NCBI GenBank assembly: GCA_024137785.1
Contig: JAHRHZ010000021.1
Coordinates: 41,752,442-41,816,441 of the forward strand
From: Ginglymostoma cirratum
Taxonomy: Eukaryota
Reading direction: 5' to 3'
DNA length: 64,000 nt
Position numbers and translations under genes: made by a program. How positions within the stretch are numbered: the stretch's first letter is position 1; every line of letters begins with the position of its first letter. The notes beneath the pieces are model-generated. The model did no database searches and had not been told where the DNA came from. It saw only the letters and a program-made list of their open reading frames with translations. This document shows, in pieces, positions 1 through 12,949 of the stretch.

Positions 1-2877
1 TAGTAACTGTAAATTTTCATTGCAAGTCCAATCTTGGGTTAAGAAAATTGTACGTGTAAAATTGGCTTAGAGTAATGTTGAGGACTGGTGATGATTAATT
101 GCAGCCAACTTTATAACCTCCCCAACTTTCTTTTCCAAAGCAGTCACTTGGACAGGGTGTGAACACTCTACTTACTTGCCATTTCCAGTTTGTAGGAAGA
201 CCACTCCTTCCCCAGTCAACTTAGGCATTGCTTAAAAGTTTCTTTGTGTGTGTTATTGAATAGAAAAACAAGCATCACCTTCAGTTACTCAGATTTTTAT
301 AGCAGTCTGAATGTGTGCAAATATATATGGAAAAAGTTAGTGTCACAAGTGTAAAATGTCATGCAACTATGTTCCATGACTTAAGATTTCCCAAGAGCAG
401 ATCTGAGTATTCAGATTAAAAAAAATGTTCTCACACAACTATTTGAAGGATGTGGCTTAAATAAATGCTTTAAAAAATATCATCCTATGGTCAAAAGCAC
501 AGATGAGCGTATTACAAGATTCTTGTCTATTGATAAAACACCTCTAAAAGGATAATTACAACATCCATCTTTTCCGTCTCCGTCTGTGTTAAATTATCCC
601 ATCATTCTGCAAAACCTCAATGTTACGGGAGCTTCGTTAAATATCTATAATAGCCTGCACTGAAACAGTTGATTAATTCTGAAGGTGATGAATGCTATAT
701 TCCAGAAGCACTGGAACTTGGCCACATCTGGGGCTGAGAGCTAAAAGGACTTAGCACATCACTGTACCTAGGAGAGTAATATACAATTTATCGCCGTTCA
801 GAGGATGTTGGTTCTTTTATTAATAGTCTGGAATGTTCCTCGGATGATAATGCATAGAAATTGAAGTTTATTGATTAAAATTAGGCAAAATGGGATGTTA
901 GTCAGGTCAATTACCATGATAAGAATGTTCACTTCTGCTGTGATTGATAGGTCACCTGACCAAGCAGCAAATCCTAAGGTCAGTTTATTCCGAGTGAGAG
1001 TTATTAGATTTTTACACCTTTCTGTCTGCTAAATGAAGTTTCTGGAAGAGCAGTCACTTGTTAAGGTTTTCCAAACCGTTGACTAATAAACTAATTAGGA
1101 TAAAAAGTTAAACTTATATCAATCTTGTATCAGAGTGACAAAACATTTGCCCCTTTCTTCCTGCTGTCATAGTTTTGTTCATTGGCAAATGGGTTACTTC
1201 TCAAAAAGTATTTACTTTTCTCCCCTCTTTTCCAATGAAGGCTTTAGTCATACACTTAAGCACAATTTAATACAAATTATGTCTCAGGTGACGCTAACAA
1301 AATTCAGCAAGACCGGTATTGAGTTAACAGATAAAATTAAAACGTAAACCTACTTATTTACATGTATACATAGTTATATAATTACATATATATGTAGACA
1401 CTTGATAATTCAAAAATACATTATTTATTAGTATGCTGTCTGGTGTAAATTAAATTTTATTGTACATTACAAAAGTTGATTTGATGTGAATTTATTTTCA
1501 TTCATTCATGGGGTGTGGGCATTATTGGCCGGGCCACCATTTACTGCCCATCCCATTGCTGTGGCAAGGGCAAATAAGCAAGAACCATCCTGCTAAGTTT
1601 GGTTAGATAGCCTCTTTCATGGGTAGGCAGTGATGGTGGGCGAGGGGGAGGAGTTGAGTAATTATTGAGAAGAATTTTGATGTAAAGGGGTATTAATGCT
1701 TTGTGTTGTTATGGAGGAATACACTAGTAGCGTGGATAATGGTGAGAAGTGTGGGAAAACATGGCAAAAATGGAAAAAATAGTCAATCTTGATGTTGAAA
1801 AAAATTCCTACTTCTCTCGAAGATAGGGGAATTTAAATGGGGAATTCAGAAGCTTAAAAATGAGTATCACTAACTCATTTCCATGCATTTGTATCTCATT
1901 AATATACGACTTTGTCCCATTTTTATGCAGCTTCCAGTTCGCTCCTTTCTGGAGAAAGTACATGGTGCAAATTCCTGATGAAGGCAGAGCTGTAATCTGG
2001 CAGCAGCTGCATGCCGCTTGCTTCTTTGGACGTTACTCCAACTTTGCTTTCATTACAATGTCTCTCCATGGACAGTGGCCTCCTCCACTCTTCCTCCAAG
2101 GCAATCAATAGCAGCAAACTGCAAACCTTGCCATAGCATCACACCTGCTCCTGGATTCACTCAAACACCTCTTCAACTTTCAGGATTTCATTTTCAAGCT
2201 CAAGGACATGTATAAACTTACATCTGTCTGCCACATCACTTTGCATACAACACATGCTTCTTATAGCTTTTAGCATTCATTCACTTGGAAGCTGCCACCC
2301 TCTGTGGCTTGCATTGTTTTTTTAACCCAGAGGGAGAGACAGACAGCTTGCAAGCACTAGACAGTCAAGGGGCTGGACGTGTTACAGCACCATGTTACCT
2401 GTTTCATGTGACATCAGCATATGCAGCAAACACTCTACATGGGTGGCAATTAAATGTCCATAAGTGAAAGCAGCTCTTAGAAGGGTCAAGGGGGTCAATG
2501 GTCAGTCAGCAGATACCGCAACATGAAGCGGAAAGATCAAGACGCTCATCTGAGCTCAGAGCAGCATGTCGGCCACGATCAATCAGGTGATTAGTCTTAC
2601 TAGAGTCTGGGGATTCTTGGCTTTCCAGTCCAGGGATTGGGCCAGGATCAATCCTGTAGATCAAGTGCAAACAGTTCAGGAATAACAGGCATGCCAGCCT
2701 AGAGACTAGGCCAGGTATCCCTGCAGTGACACCAAGGGAGCAACTGGGCCTGATGCATGAGTACAGAAGAGAAGAGCAATTAGCGGTGATGTACGAGCAG
2801 GAGAGGTGATGTCCATTGTGAACACAGAGGGCAGGTGAGTTAGAGGTTTGCAAGGATGAGCCTTTACCATGAATGCA

Positions 2878-3047
2878 CAGTAGCAGCAGAATGTACTATC
2901 TACAAGATGCACTGCAGAAATTCACCAAAGATCCTCTTCTGAACCCGTGACCACTTCCATCTATAAGGAACGAGGCAGCAGAATCATGGGAGCACCATCT
3001 TCTGCAAGCTCCCCTACAAACCACGCACCATCCTGACTTGGAAATAG
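2878..3047 (+). mobile_element. CR1-Zenon-like LINE ORF2 C-terminal fragment
   Basis: actatctacaagatgcactgcagaaattcaccaaagatcctc... is near-identical to 3738-3845 and 4040-4100. Confidence 0.75.
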
Positions 3048-3147
3048 TTGAGTGAAATGATGCATGCAATAGTGAGATTTGGAGTCCATGAGTTTTAGTG
3101 GCAGCCCTGTGAGTGTGAGGCAGCGGAGAGAAAATGACTTTGTTTAC

Positions 3148-3325
3148 ACTTGCAAAGTGCTGAAGATCATTAACCTTCTTCCTGCACTGCAGGGCATCCT
3201 GATTCACTCAGGACAATGTACTCGCATAGGACACTATCTCAGTCCAGGCTGATTGGGTCTCCAGACCCAGTCTCCTTTACTGGTCTCCACGACTGTGCCC
3301 ACGAGCACCTCGAGATCCCATTCAG
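3148..3325 (-). mobile_element. PIF/Harbinger Myb/SANT exon relic
   Basis: Minus translation DLEVLVGTVVE...AWTEIVSYASTLS*VNQDALQCRKKVNDLQHFAS followed by gt. Confidence 0.65.
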
Positions 3326-3569
3326 TGTTCTAAGTACTAACTTCCCTATCGAGCAACTTCAAGATAACAGTGCAGTGTACCGTTAGTGGACCACAGTGTA
3401 AAAGACTATTCCTGGCTTGCTTCCTGTGTTTGAAGTGGTGCAGAGCTGGCACTTGCATTTGGCAGTGAGAACAATGCAAAGTCCCATCAGTGGCAAACAC
3501 TGCCACCTCTCCTGTCAGACAACTTTACAAGACATTTGCCATAGATGCTGGTGGCAGGATTAATGAGGG

Positions 3570-4300
3570 GACTCCCCAAAGCCTGTCCACCATCTACAAG
3601 ACAGAAGTGTGATGGAATAACCCAACTTTCCTGGACGGCTGCAGCTCCCACAACATTCAAGAAGCTTGACACTGTCCAAGACAAAGCAGCCCACTTGACT
3701 AACACCACGTCCACTCTCTCTATCATGAACGCTCAGTAGCAGCAGTGTGTACTATCTAGAAGATGCACTGCTGAAATTCACCAAAGATCCTCAGACAGCA
3801 CCTTCCAAACCCACGACCACTTCCATCTAGAAGGACAAGGGCAGCCGATTTCCTCCCACTCTCCAGAGACGTGCAGGCTAGGTGGATTGGCCATGCTAAA
3901 TCACCCATAGTGTTCAGGGATGTGTAGATTAGGTGGGTTATAAGGACGGGTCTGGGTGGGATGTCTGAGGGTCGGCATGAACTTGTTGGGCCAAAGGGCC
4001 TGTTTCCACACTGCAGGGATTCTACGATTTTTTGAAATAGATTCATGGGAGCACCATTTTCTGCAAGCTTCCCTGCAAACCCCTCACCATCCTGACTCAG
4101 AGATAGATCACTGTTTCTTCACTGTTACTGGGTCAAAATTCTGGAATTCCCTCCTTAAGGTCATTGAAGGTCAACCTACAGCATGTGGGCTGCAGCAGTT
4201 CAAGGCAGCAGCTCACCAGCACTTTGTCACAGGTAACTCGGGACCAGCAATAACTGCTGGTCAGGGAGCGATACCCATGTGCCTGACTCAATTAAAAAAA
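3570..4300 (+). mobile_element. CR1-Zenon-like LINE 3' end, interrupted by HE1
   Basis: Encodes WTAAAPTTFKKLDTVQDKAAHL (ORF 3545..3739) and ends in the family tail plus an A-run. A minus-strand tail-only relic lies at about 1492-1560. Confidence 0.8.
3849..4030 (+). mobile_element. 5'-truncated HE1 SINE nested in a CR1-Zenon LINE
   Basis: ttcctcccac...gtgcaggctaggtggattggccatgctaaa...gggcctgtttccacactgcagggattcta. The host LINE resumes at about 4038. Confidence 0.88.
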
Positions 4301-4382
4301 GAGATGACAGAAGGAAAAGTCATCATGGGCTGTGACTGAATGGGTATCATGAATCCCACTTGATAAAACAGGCTAAAAATGA

Positions 4383-4545
4383 TTTAATTTATTATTATTG
4401 TCATATGTACCTAGGTACAGTGAAAAATTTTGCTTTGCATGCAGTACAGACGGATCCTACCATTAAAAGTGAATAAGGGTAATAGAACACAGTGAGGAAT
4501 ACAATGTTATGGCTGCAGAGAAGGTACATAAAGGTGCAAATGGGA
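4383..4545 (-). mobile_element. Probable Rex1/Babar-type LINE 3' UTR
   Basis: tttattattattgtcatatgtacctaggtacagtgaaaaattttgc resembles the reverse 3' end of fish Rex1-like LINEs. No coding support. Confidence 0.4.
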
Positions 4546-4951
4546 AAATTCAACTCAATTATTGGTGTTTAAATATCATATCTTGGCTGTATTATTCTTG
4601 TAATAATATCTTAAGAGAAAATAATACTGTTGAATTGAGGGTGTCGATGAGGTGTGAATTTTGCATACTACATCCAACAAAATTGTCAGGCTACTTACAT
4701 AACTGATCTTAAAGGAAGAATGACCATTTCTATAACACCAATCACATCCTCAGGGCATTTCAAAACACTTGACAGGCACTGAAATTATCACCACTGAGCC
4801 ACCGCTGATATTATAAATTTAGAGCTTTAAACAAAGACAGACCATACATTGAAAAAATAATAAACAATCAGGAGCAAAAGAAGGTAGGTGTACAAAGGCA
4901 GGAAAGTAAATGAGCATTTGTGATATTAAACAAGGAAGAAAATTATTAAAG

Positions 4952-5111
4952 AGGTAGTAAGAACTGCCAATGCTGGAGTCAGAGATAACACAGTGTGGAG
5001 CTGGAGGAACACAGCAGGCCAGGCAGCATCAGAGGAGTGGGAAAGTTGACGTTTCAGGTTGGGACCCTTCTTCAGAAAAAGGCCCTCTGATGAAGGGTCC
5101 CAACCCGAAAC
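4952..5111 (-). mobile_element. Short Penelope-like (PLE) pLTR insertion with an inverted partial second arm; two hammerhead cores
   Basis: Minus core ctgaagaagggtcccaacctgaaacgtc (5048-5075). Inverted plus core ctgatgaagggtcccaacccgaaac (5087-5111). Flanked by a 15-bp TSD, agaaaattat(t/a)aaag, at 4937-4951 and 5112-5126. Confidence 0.85.
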
Positions 5112-6567
5112 AGAAAATTATAAAAGCACCTTTGTGCTATAACTAACAGTCTTACACTAAGTATTTTGCAGCAAGTCAAGGAGTTTATGGCAATCCAGCA
5201 TCATAAATTAGATTATTCTGTTTAGATCAGAGGTGAAAAGGAATATACAAAAACAATTATCTGTGTAATTCATTTTTCACAACCCTCACTTTTGCAAAAA
5301 AATACAATGCCATATCATGAAATAAATAACAATATGATGTATGGAATATTGCTGCATTCTATTGCGAAATAAATTCATGTAATCAACACTGTGCAATATA
5401 CTATAGTCCTGATCTCTCAATCACCTTCAAGACCCTATCACTTACATGACAATGTTCCTAAAGTATTCACCACTGCAGCTATAGAATAGTAAACTTCAAA
5501 ATAAATTGATAGCAGTTTACATCTTGTCAAAATGTTACACGTCAACCTTAATGAGCTGATTGACTCCTCATTTTGGCAATAGTCTTGGGAATCATCCTAA
5601 TGGAGGATGCAAATCTTAATGACAGAATCACTGTCTTCTAAACTCAGCACCAGCCATCTATTAACTTGTGCTTCACAAAAGGCATAGTGACATTATTTCA
5701 AAACTATGATTTTGCTCGTTTTCAAATGGAAAACAGCAAAAATGAAGAAACCTGATAAAAATGCAACATAGCGGGTAATATTTATGCAGTTTACATTTCA
5801 CATCAACTTTGCAAAACTACAGTTGCACAATAAAATGTATTAAACATCAGTAATGGTGTAATTAATGCAATTTCAATACAACGGTTTCCAAAAATGTAAT
5901 GCCATAAACTGCTGTACATTTCGCTACTACTGAAGATATCCAACACAGCTGGAAAGAGGAAAGCATTCATGTTCAACACATTGAAAATAATGTATATTGG
6001 CATGGTTCAATGTCAGCTTTTACTTGAGTTATAGTTGGCTTTAGTTCTACAAACAGCAACCAATAAGTAACCAGTTAATTTGGTATCAGGGTCAGAAAAC
6101 TGCTTGTCAAGAAACTTCTTTTTGAAATATGGGTATGGCTCATTTACAAGCAGCCTGGAAGGCAGTTTAAATCTTAGTTTAATATCGCATCCAAAAGGTG
6201 ACATCAAATAATGCAACATTCTCTGTCTTTCACTGACAAATCTGCCTAGATTTGGTTCAGAATTTTCCCAGCCTAGTGGAAGTGGTTTCCAGAGTTTGAA
6301 GGGTGAGAATGTCCTGAAAAAGTCAAAAGTCCAGAGGCACCTCGAGGCACACTTTCAGCTTTGAAAAGTTCCCATCACAGCTGTTGCACAAACCCACCTT
6401 TCCAAACATCAGCAAACCACTTCCCTATAGTCGGCCAATCATCACATTCAGGTTCCCTCCTCATCTAGGTAGCTCATTCCATTCTCCAGAATTAAACTGA
6501 CCAAGGTCACTGGAGGAATCCCCAGAGGCCAAGATGATGTGGAGTTCTCAAACTCGTACTTTCAAAC

Positions 6568-6745
6568 TAATGTCCTTCAGGGAAGGAAACTAACATCCTT
6601 ACCCTGGTCTGGCCTACATGCCTCTCCAGACCCACAGCAATGTGGTTGACTGTCAACTGCCCTCTGGGCAGTTAGGGATGGGCAATAAATGCTGCCTAAA
6701 GGCGACACCCTCATCCCATGAATGCATAAAGAAAAAAATAAAAAG
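6568..6745 (+). mobile_element. Non-autonomous SINE-like element ending in the CR1-Zenon 3' tail
   Basis: ...ctggtctggcctacatg...actgccctctg joined to ggcagttagggatgggcaataaatgctg...catcccatgaatg(A)n. A related minus copy lies at about 31390-31610. Confidence 0.65.
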
Positions 6746-8304
6746 CATTTGTGGAACACAGATACAAAACCACAGAACTGTGACAGCGTAGGAGGATGAC
6801 ATTCAGTCCAATGTGCCTGCACTGGTTCTATTACCTAGTGCCAAACTTTTTTATCAAATCTTTCTAAGTTTGCAGATGACACTAAATACTAACAGTGAAA
6901 TAAGGAGCCAAATGGTTCTCTTTGTGCAATGAAGGCTATCTCCAATGATTTCTGTCACATTTACATGAAAACACCTCTGTACCCTTAGATCTAGAAGATA
7001 GGGTGCTCTATAGCAGAGATGTTCTGGGTTTTTCAGCCTCAGGAGGGTGCTGCCAAAGACTAACACATTTTCCCTGTGTAAGGATATACTCAGCCACTGA
7101 GGCAGGAAGCACCATACAGGGCACCAGCTAAGGGGATGGTGGGAAGGGCAAGGTCTAACAAGTGGAAGCACTTTGAGAAGTCCACTCATTCTGCATCTCC
7201 TACCCATCAGCAAAACATCCAATTACTTGTGTATGCGGCCAGATGGCGACAAACCCCAACAATGGGATTTTGGCTACAAAAGGAATTTCTCCATTCGTCA
7301 TCTAATCGTACAGGCCATGTACCTGGAATCCATGTTATCACAACCACATTTGGGGTAACTTTACAATTAACGAGTGAGTGGGTTGTATAACAAGCCACCT
7401 AACTGTGTTTAAGCACTCTTTTTTCTCAGCAGACCGGGACAGGCACATGTGAAACTGAAGGTGACTGACCTCTTTCCAAAGGACCTGAAAGTTTCAAATC
7501 CTGTCTGCTATTTTATTCCTCTCCAGTGCTGCAGGGATCCATTGTAAAAAAAAGTTAACCTGCAGCTGCAATTTTCAGTAGAGACAAATCTTGCAGTTAC
7601 ACCTGGCAATCACCTGAGTACTGATCCATGGCCTTTGAGGTCAGTCAAATCACCAACTTATAGTCCACTGACCCTTCCATCTTATAATCTGAGAGGGGGA
7701 GGGATGGTCTTGGGAGCGTACGTGTGAACAGTAGAGCTTTTTAAACTTTTTTTTAAGACTTGGTTTTCCTCTTTGCTTCCTAGAAATCAAAACTTTGTGT
7801 CTTTTGCATGGCATGGAAACAGTTAAACACTCATTGAGCTGGCAAGTATATCGTTTAAAATAAAGTGCGTTGAAATGAGGAATGGGGAAAAGAGAAGCCA
7901 TTTGACCCCTCCCCACCCAACTGTAAGACTATCCAAGACGCTGACTGAGGTGCGTGCATTTGTGCTGGAGGACAGTGCCAGCCTTTGAGGGGTCCTCTTG
8001 TACGAGATGAGAGAGAGTCAGTGCTGACATGGTTCCAAGTCAGCATCAGGCAGATTGTGAAATCTAGTGTGTTGGTGACAATGATTTAACTTGAGTGATA
8101 GCTAAGTACCAATGCTAAGTATGATATTAAATGCTGCCACCATGTCTCTGGATAATGCTGTCTCTCCAGCACCAATGATCTATACAGAGGTCACCCTGCA
8201 AATCTCAAGGATTTCTTCCTCTATCAAGGTCAGTTTGACCATGGCTGCAGCTCCACAACGTTGTCTGTCTGTCTTGGTGTTGTAGGCATCCTATTAACAT
8301 GTAG

Positions 8305-9035
8305 GAGAAGTAGCCCATTGAGCCTGTTCTGCCAATCAATGACATTATGACTGATCTGATAATCCTCAACACGACTGTACTGCCTTTGCCCTTTAATGAT
8401 AATTCCTGGACTAATTAAAAATCTCTCTCAGTCTTGAATATGCTCAATGATCCATACTCAACAGCCCTCTGGGTAAAGAATTCCACAGATTCGCTACCCT
8501 CAGAGAAGAGAAAAAAATCCTTTTCGTCTCTGGACCTAGAATCTCCCATAACAGGAAAACACTTCTCTGCATCCAACCTGTCAAGACCCCAGAGAATCCT
8601 TTATGTTTCAACTTGGTTGCTTTTCATTTTTCTAAACTTAATCTACTCAATCTCTCTTCATACAACAGTGTCTCCATACCCAGGATCAACTTAGTAAAAC
8701 CTCTCTGAACTGCCTCCAATGCCAGTGTCTCTCCTTAAACAAAGCTACAAAAATGTTCACAATATTCCTTGTGTGTTGGTAGTGCATTGTATAGTTTGAG
8801 TAAGTCCTTCCTATGCTTCTACCCTATTTCTTATGAAATTATGGCAAACAGTTCATTCCCCTTTCCTATTGCCTGCTGAACGCAGATGCTAGCTCATGAT
8901 TCACATACCAAGAAGCCCCAGATCCCTCTGTGCTGCAGCATTCTGCTCCTTCCACATTTAAATTATATTCAGTTCCTCTATTCTTCCTGCCAAAATGTAT
9001 AATCTCACATTTATTCACAATGCATTCCATTTACC
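8305..9035 (-). mobile_element. Old CR1 LINE 3' fragment
   Basis: Reverse CR1 3' UTR (cccattgagcctgttctgcc...ctgatctg) and ccctctgggtaaagaattccacagattc. Similar relics at about 12240-12575 (-), 25960-26260 (+) and 62610-62870 (-). Confidence 0.75.
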
Positions 9036-10609
9036 TGGTTTAAAAGGCAGCAGATTCAGAGTGTGAGGGATGAACAGATTGCTGAGAATGGAGGATAGTT
9101 ACTGAGAAACAGGAGTGAGAAGGCAATAGGCCTCAAGTTAGTGTGAATGATATCTGTCAAAACAGAGATTCAAGGAAACTGAAGAGAAAGAAACGTGTAT
9201 GATATCAAGGTGTGATCACTGGAGTGTTGCGCAGGAGGAAGTGAGGGAAGTGAGAGAGTGAAAGCTGGCAGCTTTACGTTGCAGTATACTAACTTTGTCA
9301 GCGAACATGGAATCATTGAACTTTTTCCGGCACTGGATCCAGCTCTGCGGCACCACAATTCAGTTTGGGCCAATCTCACTATCTTGAAGTTATGCCTGCT
9401 TTGAGAGGCAGACCTGCACCTCTGCTTACCAACAGGGGAAAGGTCTCTTCTTTGTGCCTCGCTGCATGAATCACTACCCCTGGGGACTTCCAAATTCTGC
9501 GGACCATGAATGTTTGTTTCCTCCCTGATGCTGGAATTGTTTTTACTATAAATATTGCAGCTGGGCTCTGGATGTAGACATTCTTAATTATTCCTTTAGG
9601 TGTGTTATTGCATTCACCCACGCTGAGATCATAAAATATGGAGCCAGGAAGAGGGATAATGAAACATGCAAATCAATTGGACAGTGGTGCCAGTCAGAAA
9701 ATGGGGCCATCTTTCCAGCAGAGGCTAACACGAGAAGATTCAGTTCAACGTGTTTAAGGTTGGGAGTAGGGCTGGAGACTTCCTGCACCTTCCTAATCCC
9801 AAACTGCACCACCTGCACAGACAAGAGTTCCATCACTGAGCCAAGCCCAGCAGTGAATATATATCAGACGCGAATTTATCTTTGAAATGCTTAGTATTTG
9901 CAATGTTAATGTTTTACCTTTGAAATCCAACATGAGCAAACAATCAGCAAACAGAACCAAAGTTGTAGCCAAAGGAAAAATCAAACTACTAACTTGGAGC
10001 CAATAATATTTGTGGGTTGGCTCCAAAGTATTTTGTCAAAATGGCCTGTTATTCCATTTCAAAGATTTGCAGCTAAGATTTTAACATATGAATTTGATCA
10101 ACTTGTTTAACTCAGGGGTCCGAAGCAAAGGAGAGGTCAGCATAAAACTGCCATGTGGTTTTGACCCTGAGCATAGATTGCATTTTACTGACAAGGTCAA
10201 TTCATCAGTCTTCCGTTTGACTTTTAAAACCAATAAAAATTTAAGCTGGAGCCAAGACTGGTCCCATGACCCCAGTCTTTCAATTCATCTCAGCAGTGTA
10301 TTGCACAAATACTTTTCTCCCTCTACTTTGGTCTCACAATAAACATGACTAAATTATGCTGTTTATTAATTGACGTAAAATAAGAAAAAAATGTGGACAT
10401 TCACACGAAAAATCACGTACATAACTGTCTGCAAAGACAATTCTCATCCAAGAACATCATTGCTTATATTTTTCATTGACTTGCATAACAGATTTGGATA
10501 ACAGAACTTTTCTACTCAGATTGTATTTGTATTATATTAGTTTGGTGCCTAGCTGTGCTGGGTAAAACAACAGCGAGCGGACCCAGAAATTGTGGGGAAT
10601 AACTTACTG

Positions 10610-11009
10610 NNNNNNNNNNNNNNNNNNNNNNNNNNNNNNNNNNNNNNNNNNNNNNNNNNNNNNNNNNNNNNNNNNNNNNNNNNNNNNNNNNNNNNNNNNN
10701 NNNNNNNNNNNNNNNNNNNNNNNNNNNNNNNNNNNNNNNNNNNNNNNNNNNNNNNNNNNNNNNNNNNNNNNNNNNNNNNNNNNNNNNNNNNNNNNNNNNN
10801 NNNNNNNNNNNNNNNNNNNNNNNNNNNNNNNNNNNNNNNNNNNNNNNNNNNNNNNNNNNNNNNNNNNNNNNNNNNNNNNNNNNNNNNNNNNNNNNNNNNN
10901 NNNNNNNNNNNNNNNNNNNNNNNNNNNNNNNNNNNNNNNNNNNNNNNNNNNNNNNNNNNNNNNNNNNNNNNNNNNNNNNNNNNNNNNNNNNNNNNNNNNN
11001 NNNNNNNNN
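10610..11009. other. Assembly gap (400 N)
   Basis: Run of N seen directly. Confidence 1.
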
Positions 11010-11286
11010 TTGGTTCTTACTCTCAATTGGCAAATAACACTATTAATCTAAGAGTTAGAGATCTCACTTGCACACGTACCTGGTTTAATAATACTGTTCA
11101 CACCATAGCAAAGAGGAACCGTTAAGTTTTCTTTTAAGCTTAGAACACAAGCAACACAAATTTTCTTTATATGCTGAACATTAGTTCTCAGCGATTGAAA
11201 TTCTCTCAAATATTTGTTAAATCACTTCATTTTTGATAGATATGCGTAAACAAGACAGACAAGATGTAATGTGGATGGAGACTGAC

Positions 11287-11409
11287 CTTGACAGGACCGC
11301 TCATCTGTCAGAAGCTTGTAGCCTTTTCGACAGCTGCACTCAAAGCTGCCAACCGTATTCCTACAGAAATGGTCACATCCACCATTATTTACTAAACATT
11401 CATCAATAT
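11287..11409 (-). CDS. SCUBE1: SCUBE1 internal exon, calcium-binding EGF repeat 7 (123 nt, phase 1-1)
   Basis: ctgcttacag|AT ATT GAT GAA TGT...TGT CAA G|gtcagt gives (D)[40 protein letters not shown](D), with the cbEGF consensus DIDEC...CxNxxGSFxC. Lies within ORF 11222..11428. Confidence 0.95.
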
Positions 11410-12949
11410 CTGTAAGCAGAGAGAGCATAAAAGTCTATGTTAGAAGAAATTATTTATACCACATTCTGCTGCAAGTTCATAGACAAAATGTGAACCAGTG
11501 GAGACATTCTTAACGTATTTTGCAGTAATACAGCATGTTCAACAAATTGTTGTTGAACTTGTTACAAAGTTTCTTTTCCATCCATTGTTTACAATGTAAC
11601 AGGTACAAGGTTTCATATTTTATTTACTATACCTGTTTCAATGCATCACTATCGACAGTTAATCAAAAATCACAATGTCAGGTTTCTAGCTGTGTTGATA
11701 TTTCCCCATCTAAAATTCAGACCTCAATGTGTACAGACAGGTGTAGAACGTTCTGGAACACCTTGGGTAAATAAAATAAATCTTGATAATATGGTCCTCC
11801 AAGCAGAATCCTTCTTCAGCTGGCTTCCCCATAATGCCAGGAGAACAAACAACGCCTCGTTTTTAGTTTTGAGCTGCTGCTGCCAGAGATCCCATTACTT
11901 AATATTTGTTAAGGTTTTTCTCCATTGTATTCCATGACGGAACTTTTACAGGAAGTCTACGAGTGCAGTCACATTAAGAAATTGTTTACCAAGCTGCACT
12001 GCTGTAAAGACAGCAACACTTGCTGCCAATAATGGCAACATATATGAGGGTGATGACACTAGTTCTGAAAGCGAGGGGGACACTAACTGAGGGAAAAGAA
12101 TCTACTCTTCATTAGATAAGAAGGCCTGCCATCATTTTTCAGCATGAAATATATGACCATTAGTTTCATAATAACTTGATCAACTCTTTGCGGTCATCTG
12201 AAGTGGACTTGCAAGTTACGCAGTGCAAATGAACAGCAATGGAACATATGAACCAGGAGGTCATTTGGCTCATCGAGCCCGCTCCACGATTTATTATGAT
12301 CATGGCTGATAGAACACTTTAATGACTTTCCCCACTCTGTCCCCATCACCCTTTATGCCATTGATGATCAAATATTTATCAGCTTTTACTTTAAAAAACT
12401 CAGACTGAGATTCCACAACCCTCTGAGGTACAGAATTCCATAGTTGCACCACCCTCTTACTAAAATAAATTCTTCACTTGGTCCTAAATTGCATCCAGCT
12501 TATTTTTTAAATTGTGCCTCTTGGTTCTAGACTCCCCAACATGGGGAGCAGCAGACGTGCATCCACCCTAACAATCCGTTTATGGGGCAATTAGTGATGC
12601 AATAAATGCCTTGCCAGTTACAGCTCATCCTGAGAATAAATTTCAAAAAGCTAATACATTGTTAACTGTTAGAATGCAATGAAACAGTATCTCAACTTGA
12701 GCTGGTTATGCATTCTTACGGTGAAGGTATGTACCATTCACCCACCTGCCCATTTGCTACATTTGGGTACTTTATCGTCTGTTCTGTGAATGTGTAGTTC
12801 GTGCACTACGGAATCGACAGTAAAATCATGTTAAACCTGCCCACAAATTCATGTTTAACAGAGCTTCAAGTTTGCTGAGGAAACTCACGTGAACCGGGGT
12901 GTTGACAAACACACTCTAGGCTAAGAAATATGAAAGCACGGTGACATAG

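Noticed and set aside
3385-3460. ccacagtg (HCG on the minus strand) as the end of the EGF8 exon
   Set aside because: No upstream cysteine pattern and no convincing donor.
10512-11125. Four long ORFs in the ORF track
   Set aside because: Artefacts of the 400-N gap.
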